Notes under the pieces: model-generated
What the model was told of the DNA's origin: nothing
What the model saw: the letters and a program-made list of their open reading frames with translations, nothing else
Databases searched by the model: none
Assembly (NCBI GenBank): GCA_025839675.1
Contig: CP104013.1
Coordinates: 5,310,001 to 5,342,000 of the forward strand
Source: Candidatus Lokiarchaeum ossiferum
GTDB taxonomy: Archaea; Asgardarchaeota; Lokiarchaeia; Sigyniarchaeales; Promethearchaeaceae
Direction: 5' to 3'
DNA length: 32,000 nt
Shown: piece by piece, positions 25,328 through 32,000 of the stretch
How the letters are laid out: every line of letters begins with the position of its first letter
How positions within the stretch are numbered: position 1 is the first letter of the stretch
Program-made: the position numbers and the translations under genes

Positions 25328-26149
25328 ATGAACACCATGACACAAAAACTAGAAAAAATTGATCCTACTTGTGTGCCCTTTTTGGAAGGAAAACTTTCAC
25401 GTATCGTAATTGATGATGCCATTTGTGAAAATTTGAAGTCACAGGAAAAACCTCCTCTGTTTATCATTGGATTTGCTGGAGTTGGCTTAATTGGGACTAT
25501 TTTGGCCAATGAATTGGTGGAACAATTAAAAATGAAGCAAATAGGCCATGTATTAAGTGAAGATCTGCCTCCAATTACTGTGTTTTATGATGGAGTATTG
25601 AAACACCCATTTAGGTTGTATTACCAAGAAAAATTCAATCTTGTTGTATCTTTATGTGAAGTTCCTTTTAATCCAGGGTCATATAGCGACCTTGCTCGCA
25701 CTTTGATGAATTGGGCTTTGTCACAAGGTATTCAAGATGTTCTATGTGTCCAAGGTATGGCTGATGAATCTATCGCTGTACGTGATACTCCCTCTCCTGT
25801 ATTTGCTGCTGCTGAAGAAGAAATTTTGGAAAAAATTCTTGCTCATGGAGTTAAACGTCCACCAAAAGGATTGATAATGGGGGCAGAAGCTGCAATTTTA
25901 AATGAATGTTTAAATAATCAATTAAATGGAGCTGTTTTTCTTACTCCAGCTAATCCTCATCTTCCTTCTCCAGAAGGTGCTGCATCAATATTAGAAAAAA
26001 TGTCCGATGTTTATGGCTTTCCAATTAAGTTGGATGGTTTATTGAAGCAGAGTAGCGAAATTAAGCAACGATTACTGGAATTACAAAAGCAAACAAATAA
26101 TGTTCATTCCCAAAATCTTCCAATAGCTGGTAGAAATATATATAGTTAG
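25328..26149 (+). CDS. PAC2-family proteasome assembly chaperone (PbaA/PbaB-like) with C-terminal HbYX motif
   Basis: 273 aa. 'LFIIGFAGVGLIGTILANELV...' and the overall pattern match the PAC2 family. The last three residues, I-Y-S, form a hydrophobic-Tyr-X tail. Confidence 0.65.
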   Translation: MNTMTQKLEKIDPTCVPFLEGKLSRIVIDDAICENLKSQEKPPLFIIGFAGVGLIGTILANELVEQLKMKQIGHVLSEDLPPITVFYDGVLKHPFRLYYQEKFNLVVSLCEVPFNPGSYSDLARTLMNWALSQGIQDVLCVQGMADESIAVRDTPSPVFAAAEEEILEKILAHGVKRPPKGLIMGAEAAILNECLNNQLNGAVFLTPANPHLPSPEGAASILEKMSDVYGFPIKLDGLLKQSSEIKQRLLELQKQTNNVHSQNLPIAGRNIYS

Positions 26150-26301
26150 TCAAACTAAATGGCAATTTTTTTTTCAAATTTAAGCTTTATCGTTTCCTTT
26201 TTTTACCGATTAGCTTTTTTGACTCAAATTCTCGTTTTTATACCTTCGCAATGACAAAATTTAATATAAATGAAGATTTTTCTAACCTAAGGTATTTTAA
26301 A

Positions 26302-26592
26302 ATGAGTTCTGAAATTTTATTAGGTCGACAAGGACGTATTGTGAACTATCGCATGTCCAAAAAAATCATTCATCCTCGCTTTTCCATTCTCCAATTCCCT
26401 GGAATTGAAACCAGAGAAGATGCAGGTCGGGAATTATTAGGTCACGTAGTTGCTTGGGAAACCCCAACTGGCAAGTCTATCAGAGGAAAGATTACCCGAT
26501 TACATGGTCGAAACGGTGCAGTTTGTGCCCATTTCAAAGATGGTGGATTACCGGGTCAAGCCTTCGGTACATTTGTTAAAATTATTCGATAA
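26302..26592 (+). CDS. rpl35ae: 50S ribosomal protein L35Ae (eL33)
   Basis: 'GRIVNYRMSKK', 'GKITRLHGRNGAVCAHFKDGGLPGQAFGTFVKI' are typical of L35Ae. The track ORF starts at 26251, but Met at 26302 gives the usual ~96-aa length. Confidence 0.85.
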   Translation: MSSEILLGRQGRIVNYRMSKKIIHPRFSILQFPGIETREDAGRELLGHVVAWETPTGKSIRGKITRLHGRNGAVCAHFKDGGLPGQAFGTFVKIIR

Positions 26593-26595
26593 TTC

Positions 26596-26616
26596 TGTCA
26601 TCTGACACTTTTTTTT
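26596..26616 (+). terminator. hairpin plus T8 tract after rpl35ae
   Basis: TGTCA-TC-TGACA (26596-26607) followed by T8 (26609-26616), 4 nt after the stop codon. Confidence 0.45.
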
Positions 26617-26774
26617 CTCCCTCTCTACTTTTATATAGTCATTTGAATCAAGGTGAAATTTAGGTTCATTCGGTTCAAATTAAGTTCTTCCCTTGAAAAA
26701 AAAGTTGGAACGAAATAAAAGTCGAGAAGAAGATGAATCATTCCATAAATAGAACGTGATAATATCACCATCCG

Positions 26775-26930
26775 ATGTTTATCTTAGGTGGATCTTTATT
26801 ATTCATTGGAAATTGGATATCTATGTTAAAATGTCAAAGATGTGGAATAAAAATTTCTTTTGAGCAAGAAGAGAGATTTCAAAGGTTATGTCCAGAGTGT
26901 TACAATCAAATTTTCACTCCAGGCAAGTAG
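26775..26930 (+). CDS. small membrane-anchored zinc-ribbon protein (51 aa, below the ORF-track cutoff)
   Basis: ATG 26775 to TAG 26928-26930. Translation: MFILGGSLLFIGNWISMLKCQRCGIKISFEQEERFQRLCPECYNQIFTPGK. Hydrophobic N-terminus plus CxxC-x16-CxxC. An alternative start at 26823 would give the 35-aa ribbon only. Confidence 0.35.
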   Translation: MFILGGSLLFIGNWISMLKCQRCGIKISFEQEERFQRLCPECYNQIFTPGK

Positions 26931-27061
26931 GAATCTATTATTATTCAGAAAAAAAACTGAATGTAATATCTCCATATTACTTCTATATTAAACCCCTTTA
27001 GATTTTTAGGTAACTAATTCTCTATCTAGACTCTCAAAAACTAGAAAATAGGTTTCATGTT

Positions 27062-28954
27062 ATGCCAATGTATCCCCATGAAGTTTGCCCTCAATGCGGT
27101 GAAAATCCAAATATCACTTTCATCTGTGAAGATTGTCACGAAATCTTTTGTGAAGATTGCGTGGTGATAAAAACAGAAGAATTACTTGTGTGCATGCAAT
27201 GCAATAGTAAAAACGTGAGCGAGGATAAACATGGACATCATTTTTGTCGTGATTGTGGATCCCGGGATATGCGTAATCTGAAAAATTTAATTCCTACTTG
27301 TCGAAATTGTGATAGTGGCAATGTAATTCGAATCGAAGACAAACAAGAACAACTCCTTGATGATTATAAATCGATTATTTCCAATACTCGCAGTTTTGTG
27401 AATCCTTTTGAAAAAATGGTAGAGCGATTAAATCACTTTAAGTCAAATTTGTTTCAACTCCGCCAAGATTTTCCTCAGTGTCATCATTATCCTAATCTTG
27501 AAGCGGATTCGCAACTCCTCTTCAAAATGTTTGAAGCTGCTAAAACTAATCTATATGATCATGTCAATCGATTTTTCCAAGATATTCAGCGAAATATTCA
27601 TTATATTAATGAAATTCGGGTCACTCATCCGAGTAATTTCACATTTATCATGGAAATTTTGCGTCAGTTCGAAAGAGAGAGAATGAAAGTTGTTGATTTA
27701 GCGAATAGTGGGCTTCATCCCTTAGAATCACGTTTAGAACCGATTGAAGAAAAAATCGAATTTATGCAAACTATTCAAGCTCAATTTAATCCTTTTCTTG
27801 GGAAATTAAAATTGGAACCTGCAGAAAAAATTGTATTTGGAATAAAATGCAAGCTTTCAACAGGTGTTACTGAGGATAAAGATTTCAATAACAAAAATGG
27901 AACCATTCTTATAACTAGCAAGCGTCTCTATTTCTTCCATGAACAAGGGGTCTTTAAAAAGCGAAATGTTTTGCTAATTTCAGTGCAAATCACAGATCTC
28001 CAATATGCTGGTGTTAAAGGGAAAATTAACAAGAAAGTATCTTTGGAATTCTTGAATTCAATGTATAAATTTACACTTTCAAAAGAAAATCGGGACGAAT
28101 TAGTAGAATGGATTAGTAAAGCTCAAGATTTTGAAAGTCAACTCACTCAAGGAGATAATAATTTAAAGATCTTCTCCAAACATAAGATCCACATAAAGGT
28201 TTTTCGTGAAGAGTTAGAAAATGCCATATATGAATTGATTGGATTTCACGGGTCACGAAATCATAACTCCGCTGTTTCAACGAGCCATGCTGTGAATGCA
28301 AAGATGTATCGCACTACGAATCTTCCCGGACCAACAAAAATGACTCCTCCACAAATTCCTCATCAATATCCTTCTGGAACTTCTTCTTCCTCATTTCAAA
28401 ATCCTTACTTACCAAATATTCCAGATCTTAAAAAGAAATCGTATGTGAATAATAATTTTGATTCATTCGCTACTCCTGCAGGTCATTTTGGTTACCCTCA
28501 TGATCGGGGTTCATTAAATGAATATTTTGCAGAACCGGGTGTAATTTCTCCTCAGAGATCAATAGTGCAACCTGTACCGAGATATGGGGGTTATAACAAT
28601 CCTTCAACAAACCCTCCATTTCACCCTCGAAATTCTTCAAGAAATTCTTATCCTACTCCCCCAACTCCTCGTTTTGGGTCTAATCTAAATAGTCAAACCT
28701 CCCTTAATCAATGGTCCGCCCGTGGTTCGGAAGAACTAGAAATTAAGAACGAAATTAACCAGTTGCGCCAAGAAGAGTTTGCTCTCAATCAGACCTTAAA
28801 AATGCTTGAACAACGCTATGATGGGGGTTATATTCAAAATGTGGAATTTGTGAAGTCCTATAAAGAATTACAGCGTAAATATTACATGATTTCGAACCGA
28901 ATTACTCAGTTGCAGCAATATTTACAAGAAAATTTTAGCATGAATCAAAATTGA
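27062..28954 (+). CDS. multidomain protein: N-terminal Zn ribbons, helical region, PH-like (GRAM/bPH-type) domain, P/S/N/Y-rich disordered region, C-terminal coiled coil
   Basis: 630 aa. Zn ribbons 'CPQCG...CEDCHEIFCEDC...CMQCNS...CRDCGS...CRNCDS'. PH-like core 'NGTILITSKRLYFFHE...' (res ~255-356). Low-complexity region res ~400-555. Heptad region res ~556-625. Confidence 0.6.
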   Translation: MPMYPHEVCPQCGENPNITFICEDCHEIFCEDCVVIKTEELLVCMQCNSKNVSEDKHGHHFCRDCGSRDMRNLKNLIPTCRNCDSGNVIRIEDKQEQLLDDYKSIISNTRSFVNPFEKMVERLNHFKSNLFQLRQDFPQCHHYPNLEADSQLLFKMFEAAKTNLYDHVNRFFQDIQRNIHYINEIRVTHPSNFTFIMEILRQFERERMKVVDLANSGLHPLESRLEPIEEKIEFMQTIQAQFNPFLGKLKLEPAEKIVFGIKCKLSTGVTEDKDFNNKNGTILITSKRLYFFHEQGVFKKRNVLLISVQITDLQYAGVKGKINKKVSLEFLNSMYKFTLSKENRDELVEWISKAQDFESQLTQGDNNLKIFSKHKIHIKVFREELENAIYELIGFHGSRNHNSAVSTSHAVNAKMYRTTNLPGPTKMTPPQIPHQYPSGTSSSSFQNPYLPNIPDLKKKSYVNNNFDSFATPAGHFGYPHDRGSLNEYFAEPGVISPQRSIVQPVPRYGGYNNPSTNPPFHPRNSSRNSYPTPPTPRFGSNLNSQTSLNQWSARGSEELEIKNEINQLRQEEFALNQTLKMLEQRYDGGYIQNVEFVKSYKELQRKYYMISNRITQLQQYLQENFSMNQN

Positions 28955-29118
28955 AGTTTCAATTATGATCATTTTAAATGGAATTGAATCCATCTTTCTT
29001 ATTTTTAATGAACTTTACTTTCTTTTCATCAATGGTTTGATTTTTAATAGTGGTGAAGTTTTTCCGTTTGGTAAAAATCGATCATATAAAAAATGTTGTC
29101 TCCTTTAACTTTATATAA

Positions 29119-30003
29119 ATGAAAATACTTATTACTGGTGCCAATGGGTATGCTGCGAGCAATATAATAACAACGTTAAAGGAAAAGCATACTTTAATTT
29201 TAACTTCAAGATCCATTAAACCGAATGATCATGGATTACCAGTTTTTCAATTAAATTTGACCAATAAATTTGCTGTGGATAAGTTTTTAAATCAAATATC
29301 TCCTGATATTATCATCCACACTGCCGCAATAACCTCCATAGATTACGCAGAAATTCATCAACAAGAAGCTTATGCTTTGAATGTGGAAGCAGTTGAAGAA
29401 TTATGCAATTATTGTTCCACCACTACTACATGGTTTATTCATTTCAGTACAGATGCTATTTTTTCCGGAAATAATGCACCTTATTCAGAAAATAGCATTC
29501 CTTACCCAATTAATTATTATGGACTGACTAAATTGAATGCTGAGCAAGTTATTCAAAAGAATTCTCACCTTCTTTATACTATTTGTCGTCCATCAGTCAT
29601 ATATGGGTGGAAGATGCCCTATCATCGCGGAAATCTGTTTTACGATTTCTTTACTCATTTGAAGGCAGGTGAAACTATTTATGGCTCTCAAACTCATTAC
29701 GGAAATCCAACGTATATTGAGGATATTGGGAAATGCGTTGATCAAATTATTGAAAGGAAAGTGCATGGAATTATCCATTCTGTGGGACCTGTCACTTTAA
29801 ATAAATTTGAGTTCGCTCAATTGATTGCTTTCGTTTTCAAACTTGATCCAACTTTAATTAAACCTCTTTTTAATCATCCCGGGAAGGCACCTCGGTCAAA
29901 AAATCTTGTTTTGAATTATAAAAGGTCAATATTGAAGCTTGGAATGACGTTTTCTTCTCCTAAACAAGCATTTGAAGACCTCAAGAATTTTTTAAATGGT
30001 TGA
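29119..30003 (+). CDS. RmlD-like NAD(P)-dependent sugar-nucleotide reductase (extended SDR)
   Basis: 294 aa. 'MKILITGANGYAAS' Rossmann motif, 'HFSTDAIFSGNNAPYSENS', catalytic 'YGLTKLNAE' (YxxxK). Resembles dTDP-4-dehydrorhamnose reductase. Confidence 0.7.
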   Translation: MKILITGANGYAASNIITTLKEKHTLILTSRSIKPNDHGLPVFQLNLTNKFAVDKFLNQISPDIIIHTAAITSIDYAEIHQQEAYALNVEAVEELCNYCSTTTTWFIHFSTDAIFSGNNAPYSENSIPYPINYYGLTKLNAEQVIQKNSHLLYTICRPSVIYGWKMPYHRGNLFYDFFTHLKAGETIYGSQTHYGNPTYIEDIGKCVDQIIERKVHGIIHSVGPVTLNKFEFAQLIAFVFKLDPTLIKPLFNHPGKAPRSKNLVLNYKRSILKLGMTFSSPKQAFEDLKNFLNG

Positions 30004-30198
30004 TCAACTGAACTTATGTAAGATTTTTAAGATCGAACTGGGCTTTCATCAGAAGGTGATACGAAGAGATTGGGGTAAAAATATTACCATTATTGCAAGA
30101 AAATCTGAAACTGATCTAATATAGTAAAAAATTTCATATTTTGAATTGAAATTTCGTTTATTAAATTAATAATAGAGTGATTCATCACTTTTCCGTTC

Positions 30199-30215
30199 TT
30201 TTTTTTTTTTTTTTT
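30199..30215 (+). terminator. T17 homopolymer preceded by the GTGAT-TC-ATCAC hairpin
   Basis: GTGATTCATCAC (30177-30188) followed by a 17-T run. Possible + strand terminator ~190 nt after the RmlD-like gene. It abuts the stop of the convergent gene 30223..30993. Confidence 0.3.
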
Positions 30216-30222
30216 CTTTCCT

Positions 30223-30993
30223 TTATAATTGCAATTTATTCAGAATTTCTGATTTGTTTTTATTCTGGATAGTTATGGGGGATGATCGTGTGGTAGTGAT
30301 CATCCAAAGCATTACGCCAAGTAAATAGGCCCATTCTGAAATTGGCATTAATTTCCCTTGATTAATGAATTGAATAAGAAATATTATTAAAGCAATGTCT
30401 AAGAATAAATGAACTAGGCCTGCGAATATCATTTCTAACTTATAATTTTGTGAAAAATTGATATTCAAAATCGAACCTCCGTTGATATCTCGTAGTTTTT
30501 TAAGATTCAAGAAGAAATAAATATTTGCCACTAGACAAATTCCCACAAAAGTGATACCGGCAAAAATGCAATGAGGAATTTTAAATTCTGCTGGAAATAT
30601 TCCAACAAAACTAAAGGTTATGGATGAAATTGATCCTGTAATTAATAGAATTTGAGAAGCAATTGGTGTTCCTACGCACATGATTTGGGATAAATATAAT
30701 ACATGTGGCAGAAAAAGGATACCTGCGCAAATAATGCCTAAATTCCACACTTTTTGACCTCTGGGATTTAATAAAAGTGATCCTTGATCGCTAATTGTAT
30801 TTTTAAAAATGGAGTAAGGTCTTGAAAAATTGATTTGCGCGTATGTGCAAACAGTAATAATTAAAATTATTATACTAAATACAAAAGCACTATGAATTGT
30901 AGGGTTAGTTTTGACTTTTTTAATTACATTTTTGCAATTCAGAAATACCACTGTTTTATTAATTGTTAGACTTTCCATAATTATAATTCTCAC
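30223..30993 (-). CDS. hypothetical multi-pass membrane protein
   Basis: 256 aa with ~7 hydrophobic segments. No recognisable family. Confidence 0.5.
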   Translation of the reverse strand: MRIIIMESLTINKTVVFLNCKNVIKKVKTNPTIHSAFVFSIIILIITVCTYAQINFSRPYSIFKNTISDQGSLLLNPRGQKVWNLGIICAGILFLPHVLYLSQIMCVGTPIASQILLITGSISSITFSFVGIFPAEFKIPHCIFAGITFVGICLVANIYFFLNLKKLRDINGGSILNINFSQNYKLEMIFAGLVHLFLDIALIIFLIQFINQGKLMPISEWAYLLGVMLWMITTTRSSPITIQNKNKSEILNKLQL

Positions 30994-31040
30994 AGACTAA
31001 TTGTCTTATATTATTGAATAGAAAAACTATTCATTTAAAC

Positions 31041-31113
31041 ATTATAGTAATTTTCTCCGCAATTTATTCAAGAATAACGAAATATGCAGGTATTATAGTA
31101 ATTTTCTCCGCAA
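31041..31113. repeat. two perfect 22-bp direct repeats (ATTATAGTAATTTTCTCCGCAA) with 51-bp period in a divergent intergenic region
   Basis: Copies at 31041-31062 and 31092-31113, between gene 30223..30993 (-) and the radical-SAM gene starting at 31201 (+). Confidence 0.85.
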
Positions 31114-31200
31114 ATTATGATATGAAAAATTAAAAATCATATTCCCTTTTTTTTATTGTATTTTTTTATTTTAAAATTGTGAGTGGATGTTGATCAAATA

Positions 31201-32000
31201 ATGAAAATTGAATTTCGAGAAGCCAAATCAATCATAACCAAGAGTAATATACCTTCAATCGACTACGTCATTAACCCGTACACTGGCTGTCAACATGGTT
31301 GCATTTATTGCTATGCTGAATTCATGAAACGGTTTACTAATCACAAAGGGGACACCTGGGGGGAGTTTTTGGATGTCAAAATCTATCCTTGGGAAAAAAT
31401 CAAACCGAATAAATATGATGGGAAAGAATTGCTTTTGAGTTCTGTGACAGATCCTTATCTCCCCTTGGAAAAACAACATGAAAATACGCGTAAAATATTG
31501 ACTCATTTAAAGGATACTAATGGGAAAATCTCGATATTAACAAAATCCCAATTGGTTTTACGCGATTTAGATCTATTTAAAAAATTTAAGAATATCGAGG
31601 TGGGAGTTTCTTTGAATACTTTAGATAGTAAGTTCGCACGCAAAATTGAACCTTTTGCGTCTCGCCCGATTGATAGATTAAAAGCTTTGGAACAAATTCA
31701 TCAAGCTGGAATAAAAACCTATGTATTTATATCTCCAATCTTTCCTAAGATCACTAATTTTCAAGAAATTATGGAATATTCGGCAAATTATGCAGATTCT
31801 TTCATGTTTGAAAATTTAAATTATCGACCGCATAATGTTGGAAGAATTTATGATATAATTCAAGAGACTCGTCCCGAGCTTCTTGATTTTTATAAGACCC
31901 TTCGAAAAGATCAATCCTATTGGGAATTATTAAAAACAGAAATTGAAGTTTATTGTAAACGCCATCAAATTCAAAGCAAAATCGAGTTTCATCATGGTGG
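31201..32000 (+). CDS. radical SAM protein, SplB/COG1533-like (partial, runs off the window)
   Basis: Not in the ORF track because no stop falls in the window. ATG 31201. 'INPYTGCQHGCIYCYAEF' is a CxxxCxxC radical-SAM cluster motif in the context typical of the 'DNA repair photolyase'/SplB-like family. Open to position 32000. Confidence 0.75.
   Translation, partial: MKIEFREAKSIITKSNIPSIDYVINPYTGCQHGCIYCYAEFMKRFTNHKGDTWGEFLDVKIYPWEKIKPNKYDGKELLLSSVTDPYLPLEKQHENTRKILTHLKDTNGKISILTKSQLVLRDLDLFKKFKNIEVGVSLNTLDSKFARKIEPFASRPIDRLKALEQIHQAGIKTYVFISPIFPKITNFQEIMEYSANYADSFMFENLNYRPHNVGRIYDIIQETRPELLDFYKTLRKDQSYWELLKTEIEVYCKRHQIQSKIEFHHG

Noticed and set aside
26251-26301. 17-aa N-terminal extension of L35Ae
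   Set aside because: Met at 26302 gives the typical ~96-aa length, and the conserved core begins shortly after it. The extension has no counterpart in the family as I recall it.
52-29778. Numerous short track ORFs antisense to or nested in longer genes (e.g. 52..282, 430..636, 459..839, 1771..1977, 2129..2410, 4716..4955, 6949..7167, 7211..7417, 7781..8041, 8108..8326, 8401..8583, 12631..12930, 13650..13916, 14411..14608, 16750..16983, 17043..17255, 17490..17735, 19148..19357, 22081..22332, 22384..22566, 23000..23197, 23626..23874, 24016..24330, 24297..24494, 25303..25509, 27498..27686, 29593..29778)
   Set aside because: Each lies within a longer ORF that has clear family motifs. Their translations are low-complexity or hydrophobic with no motifs, as expected for shadow ORFs.
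30199-30215. The T17 homopolymer as a functional element beyond termination
   Set aside because: It lies in a convergent intergenic region where oligo-T terminators are expected. Its length is notable, but there is no evidence of another role. It is also a likely site of sequencing length error.
31041-31113. The 22-bp direct repeats as a mini-CRISPR array
   Set aside because: There are only two copies. The repeat is shorter than typical CRISPR repeats and lacks an internal palindrome, and there are no cas genes in the window. A promoter or operator duplication is more likely.
31255-31506. Track ORF 31255..31506 (-)
   Set aside because: It is antisense to the + strand radical-SAM ORF, which carries the CxxxCxxC motif and stays open to the window end.
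1-32000. Search for tRNA/rRNA genes, IS elements or transposases, integrases, CRISPR arrays, toxin-antitoxin or known defence genes
   Set aside because: No GC-rich cloverleaf-like islands in the intergenic regions, no transposase or integrase motifs, no repeat arrays and no recognisable defence-system domains were seen. This was a scan by eye only, and small ncRNAs (e.g. C/D box sRNAs) could have been missed.

Overview
AT-rich (roughly one-third GC by eye), densely coding archaeal chromosomal window with about 35 protein genes. I found no rRNA, tRNA, transposase or CRISPR array. Housekeeping genes: thioredoxin, a bacterial/eukaryote-type triose-phosphate isomerase, AsnRS, XPD/Rad3 helicase, GlgA-like glycogen synthase, a PAC2/Pba proteasome-assembly chaperone, ribosomal protein L35Ae (eL33), an RmlD-like reductase, a GNAT acetyltransferase, an APH-type kinase and a partial radical-SAM enzyme. 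Between them sit genes with a eukaryotic-signature flavour, which together with the base composition suggests an Asgard (Loki-like) archaeon. These are two tandem Rag/Gtr-like GTPases, a translationally coupled V4R/Bet3-like gene pair, a Zn-ribbon/PH-like/disordered/coiled-coil protein, and two paralogous coiled-coil proteins with oppositely charged linkers. Main findings: (1) a + strand ORF (3128..3427) absent from the ORF track, HesB/IscA-like, with one in-frame TGA at the position of the IscA cluster-ligand Cys, followed by a 3'-UTR hairpin with an AUGA/GA core and AAA apical loop (candidate selenoprotein plus eukaryote-like SECIS); (2) a threonine-synthase-like protein whose PLP-binding Lys is Arg, fused to a C-terminal PadR-type wHTH and divergent from the V4R pair; (3) the Rag-like tandem pair; (4) the V4R/Bet3-like pair. 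Functional calls rest on motifs read by eye, since no database search was possible.
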